A stretch of DNA of 27,959 bases from a virus (Duplodnaviria > Caudoviricetes): IMG/VR virus record IMGVR_UViG_3300043423_000096, positions 1 to 27,959 of that record; one strand, given 5' to 3'. This document shows, in pieces, positions 1 through 10,200 of this stretch (the stretch's first letter is position 1; each line of letters starts with the position of its first letter). The notes under the pieces are model-generated. The model searched no databases and was not told the DNA's origin. It saw nothing but the letters and a program-made list of their open reading frames with translations. Position numbers and translations under genes: made by a program.

Positions 1-1
1 C

Positions 2-1438
2 CGGCGAGCAGGCAAAACGTTCGCGAGCATCCAGAAGCTGTTAGTGCGTGCACTCGGGGATCGCCGCGATGGCCCGCCCCGCCGCTATGCCTACGTCGCA
101 CCTACGCGGGATCAGGCGAAAGATATCGCATGGGGCTACCTTAAGCGGTTTACGTGGCAAATTCCCGGGGTCGAAACGAACGAGTCCGAGCTAAAAGTCT
201 CGTTTGCGGATGGGACGACGATCCGGCTCTACTCCGGCGACTCCTACGAGCGACTACGGGGCACCTACCTCGACGGCGTAATCATCGACGAACCGGAGGA
301 CATCTCACCCGACGCATGGCCGTCGGTAATACGTCCATGTCTCGCCGACTACTCCGGCTGGGCGATCTGGATCGGGACGATCAAAGGTAAAAAAGGACTC
401 TGGCAGATGCTCCAAGCGGCCGCCACAGACCCGGACTGGTATGCCATGCTGCTACGAGCGAGCGAGTCCGGCATTATTCCCGAGGCGGAGCTGGCCGACC
501 TGAGAAAAAACATCCACCCAGATATTTACGCCCAAGAGTTCGAGTGCGACCCGCAGATTTCTCGATGCCTGTTTACCAGCGCCGCGCTGGCGTACCAGGA
601 CGAGATCGCTGGTAAACAGCGCCCCGAGCATGGGTACCTGATCCACCGCGCGGATATGGATTCCGTCTTCTGGACGCCTTCGAGCGAGGAGCAGGCCATG
701 ACCGTAGTTTATGAGCGGCCACGAGTCGGCCACAGCTACCTCGTAAGCGTCGATTCGGCGAGCGGTGCCGATCAAACTGGCGGCATCGACCCGGATTCCC
801 ACTCGATCCTCGTCCATCGGGCCGGATACATCGACGAGTTCGGCGAGTGGCACCCGCCCGCGCTGGCCGGCCGTAACATCATGGTTCGCGGCAATAAGAC
901 CGGCTCGATGTGCTGCTGGTGGGCGCAGGATGTATTAGAGGAGCAGGTTTTCCTGCTCTGCCGCTACTATCAGGCCCACCTCGTGCCCGAGATAAACCAC
1001 GACCGAGGGCTGATAGAGGCTATCCGCAATAGAGGCGGGATTAGCATCCATTACCGCAAACAATTTAACCACCGTGAAAACCTAACAATGAATGCGTTAG
1101 GTTGGAGGACCGACTCCGATACGCGCCCTAAAATCATCGCCCGCCTCGAAGTGGCGACCAGAGAGGCGCTGCGAGGCGACCCGTCGGGCGGGTATGAGGT
1201 CCGCTGCCCGTGGATATTGGAGCAGATGCGTAATTTTGGGACGAAACCAAACGGACGGCAGGAGGCACTCACCGATCACGATGATGATGTGATTTCTCTC
1301 GCTATCGGCCTGTTTATGATCGACGCCGCAACATGCTACCGGGCAAAAATCGTCGAGCGGCAGGTTCCTAACGATCTAAAGCACCTCATCGGCAACAGCA
1401 GGCAGCAGGGGCGGCAGGGGCGGCGGAACGTCGGTTGA
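2..1438 (+). CDS. terL: Terminase large subunit, 5'-truncated at the window edge
   Basis: The frame is open from base 2 (RRAGKTFASIQKLL, Walker A), upstream of the listed ORF start at 44. It contains YVAPTRDQAK, LRGTYLDGVIIDE (Walker B), WIGTIKG (motif C region), QEFECD, and RNase H-like nuclease motifs VSVDSASG and HDDDVISLAI. Confidence 0.93.
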   Translation, partial: RRAGKTFASIQKLLVRALGDRRDGPPRRYAYVAPTRDQAKDIAWGYLKRFTWQIPGVETNESELKVSFADGTTIRLYSGDSYERLRGTYLDGVIIDEPEDISPDAWPSVIRPCLADYSGWAIWIGTIKGKKGLWQMLQAAATDPDWYAMLLRASESGIIPEAELADLRKNIHPDIYAQEFECDPQISRCLFTSAALAYQDEIAGKQRPEHGYLIHRADMDSVFWTPSSEEQAMTVVYERPRVGHSYLVSVDSASGADQTGGIDPDSHSILVHRAGYIDEFGEWHPPALAGRNIMVRGNKTGSMCCWWAQDVLEEQVFLLCRYYQAHLVPEINHDRGLIEAIRNRGGISIHYRKQFNHRENLTMNALGWRTDSDTRPKIIARLEVATREALRGDPSGGYEVRCPWILEQMRNFGTKPNGRQEALTDHDDDVISLAIGLFMIDAATCYRAKIVERQVPNDLKHLIGNSRQQGRQGRRNVG

Positions 1439-1672
1439 TACAGAGTCGGCCCATGGTGGTTTTTCGTCCCCCTCGTCGTCACCAACAGCGTCAAAATCGG
1501 GACGAACGTGTTCCTTCGTTCCTTTCGACTTCCATGCAAACGCCAAAGCGGACTTTTCAGCGGTCCGTCGGAACCCATCGACCGTTTCAATCGCCCATTT
1601 CACGTAGCTCGGATCGCGGAATCTCACTTCCTCGATGTCGTGGCCTCTGTATTTTCCGAAGCTGAAGGTCAT
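1376..1672 (-). CDS. Small FGKYxG-motif protein (ExoX C-terminal / DUF3820-like domain) with an acidic tail
   Basis: MTFSFGKYRGHDIEEVRFRDPSYVKWAIE fits the FGK(Y/H)xG...P.Y..W pattern. ATG at 1672 follows an A-rich stretch. The 3' end overlaps terL convergently by 63 nt. Confidence 0.75.
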   Translation of the reverse strand: MTFSFGKYRGHDIEEVRFRDPSYVKWAIETVDGFRRTAEKSALAFAWKSKGTKEHVRPDFDAVGDDEGDEKPPWADSVSTDVPPPLPPLLPAVADEVL

Positions 1673-2021
1673 TTATTGTAGGTGCGGATGTCTTTTTGAG
1701 TTCTGGGGGCTGGACACGGGAAAGCAAGACCCTATGCCGAGGAGACATAGGGATCTTTGGAAGCATTGTCTTTTTCGAGACGAGAGCATTGTGTCCAAAG
1801 CGGATGAATGTTTTGAGCCGTGAAGCCACTGATCCGGGCAGCCATTTGCTCTTTCGAGAAGTTATACCCCGGCATTCAATCCTATCCCCTGCCGGGTTGC
1901 GGCAAGCTGGTTTGATTACAGTTCCCTGTGCGGGGGTCAGTCGGCAGGGGTCATCCAATGCAGCCCGTGGTAACTTGAACGGTGCTGGCGGATGGTTCGG
2001 CTAATGTAGATCCGTAGCCGG

Positions 2022-2076
2022 AAAGGAAAAGGGGTTGGCATTTCGCGGTCTAGTCCCCCGCAAAGCGCCAACCCCT
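2022..2076 (-). terminator. Intrinsic terminator-like hairpin, possibly part of an attenuator
   Basis: Perfect 10-bp inverted repeat AGGGGTTGGC (2030-2039) / GCCAACCCCT (2067-2076), extended by an inner stem, and followed on the minus strand by TTTTCCTTT. Confidence 0.6.
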
Positions 2077-2114
2077 CAATTAGAGAGAGTCTTGATCGGT
2101 TGAGGGACTAGCTC

Positions 2115-2148
2115 GCTCGTCGCGGAAGGCTTACGCCCCACGACGAGC
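2115..2148 (-). other. Stable RNA hairpin capped by a GNRA (GUAA) tetraloop
   Basis: Minus strand reads GCUCGUCGUGG-GGC-GUAA-GCC-UU-CCGCGACGAGC. The U-G pair and the GNRA loop exist only on the minus strand. Confidence 0.6.
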
Positions 2149-2184
2149 CGACGCAACGATAAAATGACGATTTCCTAAAAATAA

Positions 2185-2213
2185 TCGACAAACGCAAATC
2201 AGTTGCGTAACCA
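2185..2213 (+). promoter_or_regulatory. Putative sigma70-type promoter with a palindromic operator-like site in its spacer
   Basis: TCGACA (2185-2190), 17-nt spacer, TAACCA (2208-2213), then ATG 2219 five nt later. The perfect palindrome ACGCAA-atcag-TTGCGT lies at 2192-2208. Confidence 0.5.
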
Positions 2214-2218
2214 CACGC

Positions 2219-4123
2219 ATGAGCAAGACAGTAAGCCGTCCCCCGTCCCGTCCCCCGTCCCCCGACATCACAGTAAACCCAGAGGCACGCGGCAAAGCGG
2301 CGGCGCACGACCGCTGGTTGGCTCAAGGCGGCGGCATCCACGACGAGGGGCGGCACAGGGGGCGCTTCAAAAGCGGGCCAATGCGAGGCATGACAGTCGA
2401 TCAAGCCCGGCAAAAGTTCGAGCGGATGTGGGCGCGCGCGGCTCCGGCGCTCAAAGAAGGTTACGCCAGCCACGCCAGAAACGGCGCGACGCCAAGCGAG
2501 GTCGCCGAAGCTGCCGGGGCACCGTTAAAATCCTCGACGGGCACCGACTCCCGCACGGCCGATCAAATGGCGAGGGAAAAAACCCGCAGCCGAATCCTCC
2601 AGCAGGGCGGGGCGTATGGCTCCATCGGAGAGGCGGCGCTCAAGGAGTATGATGCACGAACGCCAGCAAAACCAGCAGCCCCAAGCTCGACGTTCGCCGA
2701 ACTCACGAAAGCCCCGCCAGTCCCCAAGAGCGGAACCATCAGCGTCGGAGACAAATCGACAGCGGCCAGCGGGTGGCTCCCCCCAGTCCCGATGCCCCCG
2801 GTGGTAACGGCTCCCAAAATTATGCTGCCGGATGCCGGGCTGGTTACATCGTATTTCCCCAAGGGCGAAAAGCCTGCGGCTCCAACGCCCGTCCCCGTGA
2901 TGCCCGCCCGTGTGGCGTCGGTGGCAAAACCGTTTCCGACCGACAGTCAACGAGCCGCCTACAACGCGCTGCCAGACGACACGCCACTTGACACCATCTC
3001 GAATTTCACACCAGCAGAGAGAGCCGCCATTGACAAGCTCCCCGTGATGCCCGAGCGCTCAGAACTCGCCACCCCGGCGATTGCATCACGTAATCCAGTG
3101 GCTCAATTTCCTAGCTATCAGGATTTAACGCCCATATCAGCGGATTACACCGCACCATCAGCGCGAAAACCGGACCGACCGACCGACAACGCCACCCCGG
3201 CGATTGCCGCCCGCTCAGTGGCTGACTTGAGGCGCGAGGATGACAGCGCCACCCCGGCGATTGCCGCCCTCACAAGGACATTCACCCCCGAAGAGGCAGC
3301 AGCCTATAAATCTCGGCCAGGCGTAGTAGCGAGACGTGCGAGGTTTGCCGCCGACAAGGCAACCGCTCTACCTGACAGTAGCACTCCACTCGAGCGCACG
3401 GCAGATGGCGTGTTGGGAACCATTGATCGCGGCATCACCCGTGGCTACGATGCTGTGGCTTCATTCGTCCGCCCAGACGTGAAAGCCGCTGAGATCGCAA
3501 AAAAGAATCAGACAAATTGGGCCGCCGAAGATGCCAGTAAATCCGCCGCTGATAAAAAACGTGCCGATGCTGTGGCAGCGGTGACAGGCAAAACGACATC
3601 GACCGCCACGCCCCCGCCAAACGTGCCGCCTGCGACGACCAACGAGGCGCAAGTCGCTGCTCCAGCTCCGGCGGCTCAGGCGTCACCCGCTGCTCCCGTA
3701 AAAGCCAACGAGCAGGAATTGATCGGGATGCGTCGTGGCGTGCCGCAATACCAACCCAAGACGATTGCCGCACCAGCAGCCCCGGCGCAGATGGCCGGGG
3801 CGCAAACCATGATGGAGCGGGACGGGGTGGTCCCAATGGCCCGGACAGCGGCATTACCGCAGCGAGGTCCGGCATCTCAACCGGAGCGGACCGGCTCAAC
3901 CCTGCAAACAGGGGCTTTTTCAGACGCCTCCTACGCGAGGACTCGTGCTGCTGAGCAAAAAGGGATCAATGACGTGGCGATCCGATCAGGTTCCGCCAGC
4001 GACGAGATCAAAGCCACCAACCCGGCGTTGTCCACCAGCGTCGCCAATGGATTTGCCGCCGACAAAGCGATTTCTCGACTCAAGTCCAACAAGCTACAAG
4101 GCTCGACGCCTGCCCGCCGCTAG
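2219..4123 (+). CDS. Hypothetical Ala/Pro/Thr-rich protein, possibly an internal virion or ejected protein
   Basis: 634-aa ORF, mostly low-complexity, with a basic N-terminal ~100 aa. It lies directly upstream of the giant virion-type gene. Function is inferred from position only. Confidence 0.75.
   Translation: MSKTVSRPPSRPPSPDITVNPEARGKAAAHDRWLAQGGGIHDEGRHRGRFKSGPMRGMTVDQARQKFERMWARAAPALKEGYASHARNGATPSEVAEAAGAPLKSSTGTDSRTADQMAREKTRSRILQQGGAYGSIGEAALKEYDARTPAKPAAPSSTFAELTKAPPVPKSGTISVGDKSTAASGWLPPVPMPPVVTAPKIMLPDAGLVTSYFPKGEKPAAPTPVPVMPARVASVAKPFPTDSQRAAYNALPDDTPLDTISNFTPAERAAIDKLPVMPERSELATPAIASRNPVAQFPSYQDLTPISADYTAPSARKPDRPTDNATPAIAARSVADLRREDDSATPAIAALTRTFTPEEAAAYKSRPGVVARRARFAADKATALPDSSTPLERTADGVLGTIDRGITRGYDAVASFVRPDVKAAEIAKKNQTNWAAEDASKSAADKKRADAVAAVTGKTTSTATPPPNVPPATTNEAQVAAPAPAAQASPAAPVKANEQELIGMRRGVPQYQPKTIAAPAAPAQMAGAQTMMERDGVVPMARTAALPQRGPASQPERTGSTLQTGAFSDASYARTRAAEQKGINDVAIRSGSASDEIKATNPALSTSVANGFAADKAISRLKSNKLQGSTPARR
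3068..3269 (+). repeat. Three dispersed identical 17-nt repeats GCCACCCCGGCGATTGC (ATPAIA)
   Basis: Copies start at 3068, 3191 and 3248. The last two match over 22 nt. Confidence 0.85.
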
Positions 4124-4212
4124 GTCAGTCGAATTTCAAAACAACAACGGTCCGGGACGATACCCGGAAACGACCGCCGGTGGAATCCGGCACACATCCT
4201 CATACCCAGCTC

Positions 4213-7200
4213 ATGTCCGCCTACGACAAAACGTTCCGCCAAAAATCACCTGACCAAATCCCCACCGGGCAAGACCAGTCCGCAATGGACGCCGACCCAA
4301 GCCCGAAGTCTGGCGGCAACGTCAAAGTCGGAGCGCCAATCTGGGAAAAGTTCACCACGAACACTGACGCCTACAACAAGGCGGCGGTTCAGGCTGAGGA
4401 TGACACGATCCGCCAGACCAATTATCAAAATCGCCAAGCAGCCATCCAACCGACGCAACCGACGCAACCGACGCAACCGACGTGGCGAGGCGCGGCCGGC
4501 AAATTGGTCCGCAAGGTGCGCGGACAACCCACCGAGATGCTCGATCCAAACGAGTTCGTGGATCATCCGACGGGCGGGAGCGAAGCACGCAAGTCATTGT
4601 GGGACGCCGAGGTCCGCAAGACTCGTGCCGAAGCACAATCCTACGGCGATTCTCTCGCCAATCCGGCGTTTCAGGCTCAAAAAATGAGCGACAAGGATCG
4701 TGAAACGGCACTCATGATGGGTAGTACCATGCAGGAAACCGACCCGGAGCACGTCAGACTCAAGGCGCGACTCAAAGGGGATGACGACTATCGCGCCCAG
4801 CAACAGGCGCACTGGGATGCCACCACCCGCGCTCACCAGCTCGAAAACACCGACGCCGATTCGTGGTTCCAGAACCAACGGACAGCTCAAACCAACGCCA
4901 ACCGAGGCGAGATCGTCGCCCAAGCCCAAGCAGAACACGCCGACGCCGAGCAGGCCCAATCTGCACTCGCCGCCGACAAGGCTGCGCTCGACGCCAAGAT
5001 GCTTCAAGGAGTCAAAGGCAGCGAGCTACCCGCCGTCCAAGCGCAACGCCAGACGATGGCCTCTGCGGAGACTGGGATTGCCGACCAAAAGGCAGGTGCA
5101 GACGCCAAGCTCGATCAGGTCAAGCTGGCCGCTGCGGCACCAGCACCTGAAGAACCCAAGGACTTCTTCCGTGCGGGAGACACGATTTCCGGCATTTGGG
5201 ATGCAGTTAAAGGATTTGGCGCTGCCGCGCCCGCTGCATTTCATCAGCTAACACAAGGGCTTGTTCACCCAGATGATTATTCGGAAAGTGCCAAGCAAGC
5301 GATGGCTGAAGCCGATGCGTTTTCCTCCGAGATGCAGGCCAAGACGGACGCAAATCGCAAATCGGGCACCAGCAGTTCCACTGGCGAGACGTTCCGCGAA
5401 TTAGGCCCAAGCCTCGCATTCTCAGGCGCGAACATGCTGACGCAGCTGGCCGTTAAAGGTGCGGCAACACTGGCTGGCGTCGGAACAGGCGTGGCCGCAG
5501 GCACCGCAGGAGGCCCGGCAGCGCCAGTCACTGCACCAGCTGGAGGAATAATTGGGGGCGTTGGAGCATGGGTCGCGTCAGAAGGTCCAGCTCTCGCCGC
5601 AGGCGCCGCCGCCGCTTACCGCATGGCAGGGGCGCAATACCTCTACGACGCATTCAAATACATTAAGCAAGTAAAAGGGAGGGATCTGACGCCAGAAGAG
5701 TCCGCGGACTACTACGAAAAGCTTCTTCCGCACGCTCAAAGGAGCGCCATGGCCGAGTCGGTCCCTGAAGCAGTCGGGAACTCGATTTCCATAAAGGGAG
5801 TGAAAGCCCTTGCTGGACTCACGAAATCAGCAGCCACCATCGCCGCTGAAAAGCTAGCACTCGAAACGGGCAAAGCTGTTGTTAAAAGAACAATGGCAGG
5901 CAAGATGAAGGACGCCGGTGTCGCAGCGGCGAAGATGATCCTTGGCGAGATTGGAACAGAGACCATCACCGCGCAGTATCAAACGCCGGAGCAAGCCAAC
6001 GCCGAAGATATCGCCTACGACCAAGCACCAACAGCCAAGCCTGATTGGAGCCTCGAAGGGATTACTAAATCAGCTAAGGAGCTCACAGGTCCGGTCCTCG
6101 CTCAAAGCGCGTTCATGGCAGGACTCGGCGGAGGAATTCGCGGCGGGCTGAAAGTATTAGGTGCGGGCAGAACTCCAAGCAATCCAGACGATGCAATCCT
6201 TCAGGCGACCAACGACCACCTCGCCACCGTAGATCCGACGGCACCTCCCGCAACGATAGATGAAATGCAGGAGGCTCACAAAATGTTCAACGGCCATGCC
6301 GACCCCGCGACTCAGGCGCAGAGGTATGCCGACGGGGTGTTGATCCACCGCCAACTTCGAGGAGTTGAGAGCGAGGACGCCACCGCTATCGAAGCAGCCA
6401 AATCCAACCTCGAAGCAGTCAAGACCAGTGGTGTCGCGGGCAAGCCCGCCATCGCCGCTGCCGAAGCGGCCGTCGAGATCGCCAAAGCCAACGGTGGACG
6501 GGCCGACCTCGTGCGCGGAGCCATGAAGATCGCCTCCGGCCTTCGCGTCCAAGAACTCACCGACGAGGAACTCACCCAGATGGGATGGGAGCGCAAAGGC
6601 GGAGGTGTAAACTCCACGCTGAAGCCACTTGGTTCCAAGGAGCTTGCTGCCAACGGACTCAGCAAGCCGTTGCTACGGTTCGACCCGAAGTCTGGGCACT
6701 CGCCAATCCTCACCGACGAAGCGCTCAAGCGAGTCAAGGCTGTTTCGCCGGATGCCCGCGCCAAGATTTCAATGGACGAGTCCAGTGCCCGGACCTCCGC
6801 CCAAACCAAGTATGATACCAATAACCCGCCACCTGTTCAGCCGAGCGTTACTCCGCCGCCAGTAGTCACGCCCGTCACCAACGCAACGCCACCCGCGCCT
6901 ATCAACCCGGCCAACCCGGTGCCAGTGCAGGGAGTGTCAGCGGTAACGCCCCCGGCACCGCCCCCGGTAACGCCTGCGGCACCGCCTGCGGCACCGCCTG
7001 CGGCACCGCCTGCGGGGGCTGCGCCCGTTGTAGCTCCACCTATTCAGCCGCCAGCAGCCCACGAATCGGCAATCGACGTGGTTGCACGCCTCCGCGCCGC
7101 CGGACTTGCGGACGACGCTATCCAAGCCCACCCAGAGTTCATTGCCGCCGTCAAACAAGACGGAAACCCCAAAGCTCCAGCTCAACCCGTCCAAGCGGCC

Positions 7201-10200
7201 GACGAATCACCCGACGATGTAGTCTCACGCCTCCTGCAAGAGGGAGTTCCCGACGAAGAGATTGCCGCCCACCCGGAATACATCGCGGCAGCAGAGAAAG
7301 CAGAACAAGCGGAGCGTGATAATGAGTCCGCATCCAACCTGAGCGACGACGAACAACAGGATCTCCAAGACGAATTGGATGCCGAGTTCAACGACGAGCT
7401 TCCACCTGCCGACGACGACACACCAACGCCATCCACTGTCGATCCTAGCGACACAGCCAAGGTCGCCGGGCTTTTCAGGAAGCTCATCGACACCCACACC
7501 AAGCGCAACGCTCGACTCAAGGAGCGGATTTCTCTTGATCCTGACGTAAGAGCATCAACCACCAGCGACGGCAAGATCTACCTCAACCCGGAGCAGGTGG
7601 CGCACGATGCGCTCGAATCCGGCATGTCGGGAAAGGACGCACTCGAATACGCAAAGCGCGTCCTCGACGAGGAGATCATCCACTCCGCAGATTTCGATGC
7701 TTTCGAGGTTATCCGTAAGGAGCTTGGCAGCAAGCTCACCCCAGACCAATTCCGCAAACAGCACGGGGCCAAGCTGTGGGAGGACAATTACGCCGGCCAA
7801 AACCAGAAGAAAGGGGATCACATCCGCGATCTTTACGTTGCCGATGCCACCGACCCCGAGTCCCTCAAAAAGTGGGACCGGATGACCGACGACCAGAAGC
7901 TCATGGAGGCCAACCGGATCGTGCTCACCAAGATGGAGCCGACCGAGGCGATGAAGCTGCTCGCAGGTATCACCGAAGACCTCAAGAATCTCATCCGCAA
8001 GACGCTGGAGGCGATTCAAGGAATGGTGCAAACCCCGGCGCTGCAAGCGCACGCCAAGACGTTGCAGGCGGAACTCGAAAAGCTCACGTCGGACGATGCC
8101 GTTAAGGGGGGATTGCCGCCCGGCAATACCGCCAAGCCCGCGCTCACCCCCGCCGAGCAATCTCTCAAGGGCGCATTCAGCGGACTCATGGACGGGCTGG
8201 ATAAGAGCGAAAAACCTACAGCAAAGACAAATGACCCAACAGGAGTCCTCGCTATGCTCGATAAGAGCGAAGACGCGAACGACTACATCATAGATCTTAG
8301 ACACAGTAAAACCAAAGTTAATAATGGTGAAGAAGCGTGGCAGCTCTATCTGAAATGGTCTGGCGTTGCATCAGGCCGCTACTCAATAGAGACGCTCCTG
8401 CCCAAAGAAGAATTTTTAAAAAAATGGAACGCGCTTGCTTCGTCTCCAGAAAAAGGAGCCAATCCCCCCGTAACTGTTTCCGCCGTCTCGCCGGATGGTG
8501 TTCAGGGAGATCCTGAAACGGGAGGTTCTCCTAGCGTTGTGTTGCCCATTGAAACAAAGGGAGGTAAGGCGGAAACAGTTATCGCCAATATCCGAAAGAA
8601 GCGGGAGCTGGAGAAGAAGACATTCCCAAAAGGATTCTCCACGGAGAGTGATCCAATGGCTTCTGGCGAGGGGCTAGTCATCCTGCTCGACGCCAATGAC
8701 AACGAAGTCGCCGACGGTCTCACCATCGAAGAAGCGGTGACTAAGGCATGGGCGATTGCGGGCGGGGATCAATTCGCCGCATCCAAGCGCCTCATGACCA
8801 AGCATGGCGTGACGGAAGCCGATCTAGGGAAGTCAGCCGCAGAAGAAAAGCCAGCGATGGACACCAGCCATCTGATCGCGCTGGAAGAAGGGCTGGCACG
8901 CAAGAAGGGGTATCTCCGCGATGCAAAGACGGAGAATGAGAGGAGGATGCGGCAGGTCCACGTCAATCAGGCGGAGAAGGAACTGGCAAAGGAGCGTGAA
9001 GCACTCGGACTGCCGCCAGAAGAACCGTTCAATGCCAGCGACCAAGAGCTATTGGACGAGCTTGAGGCCCCGGGTGTGCCGCCCGCCGCAAACATTGGAA
9101 ACTGGACGGAACTTCAGGCTAACACAAGGGAGTTCAACGACAAGAAAACCACCAAGTCGAGAAAGGCCGAGATCATCGCAAGGCAGGCCGAGTTAAGGAA
9201 GATCCTTCGTGACGAGGGGCATTCAGCATCCGACATCCACGAATTCGAGATGCTTCGTGCCGACATCCCTGAAAGCGCCCAAAAAGCGATTCCAGTAGAG
9301 GAGAAGCCCGCCAAGCCCGCCAAGCCCGCCAAGAAGCGACGCGCCCTCGTTACATCTGCCCGAAGCGAAGCCTACCGACTGCTCCGCTCCGGCGTTCCCC
9401 CCAATATTTGCAAAGTGGTTGGACAGAAGATTCAAAGCCCGCCAGCCGGGATGCTGAAGATTCTAAGGAATATCCAAAAAAGCGGATCACGGAAGCTCAC
9501 GAATAGCGAGCTGAAGCTACTCGAATCATGGGAGGGGTTTGATTCCTATGCTCCTAAGTATGCTTTTGGCAGCGATTTCAACGGAAGGGTCGCGCAGGAG
9601 CTTCACAGAATGCTCTTCACCAAATACAAGTCGAACGTCGCAATTGGCGATTGGACAGGATTACTTGGCTACAATCTAAAGAATGACGAGGCGATGATTC
9701 TTGTGATGGATGAGTTGACTCAGGTTTCACGCGGCATGGAGGACGGGAATGACCCAAACCGCGAGTTAACCCCCGCCGAAGAGTTGCAATGGACAGCATT
9801 TGGCGAGGCGAACCAATGGGGGATTGGGAAGTTTGACGTCTTCCCTGAAGACTTCGAGACTGGAAGCGTGCTGACGATTGCTGGCGAGGAACTCACCCTA
9901 ATCAGCAAACGCGATGGAGAAGCCTCACTTGAGGATGGCGACCGATTCGGCACAAAGAGAGTCCCTCTCGGCGTATCGTTGTGGCTTGATTCCACGATCA
10001 CGCCGTTTAACGAAGCGGAGGAAGCAGTGGCGGAAAGATTGGTTGACGAATTGGAAGCCCTTGGTTATGACTCGCCTCATGAGTTCAGAGAGTCAGAACC
10101 CGAAGAGTTCGCTCGCATTGCCGCCGAAGAGTTCGCCGCCCAAGAAGAAATTGACAGAGCGAGAGCTAAACAGGCTGGAAGCAGCTTGTCGAATGATTCA

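Noticed and set aside
530-800. Possible chimeric junction or intein between terminase ATPase and nuclease domains
   Set aside because: No Hint-domain motifs (N-terminal Cys block, C-terminal HN) and normal overall length; chimerism cannot be judged without alignments.
1587-2004. ORFs 1587-1958 (-), 1635-1823 (+) and 1696-2004 (+)
   Set aside because: No recognisable motifs, they overlap one another and the better-supported 1376-1672 gene, and the region is better explained as structured RNA.
3068-3269. CRISPR-like repeat-spacer pattern
   Set aside because: Repeats are only 17-22 nt, spacing is irregular (123 and 57 nt), all are in frame in a CDS, and no cas genes are present.
4124-4191. Hammerhead-like element before the giant gene (CCGGG/CCCGG stem followed by AAAC, plus GCCGG/CCGGC)
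   Set aside because: The CUGANGA core is missing; only generic leader hairpins remain.
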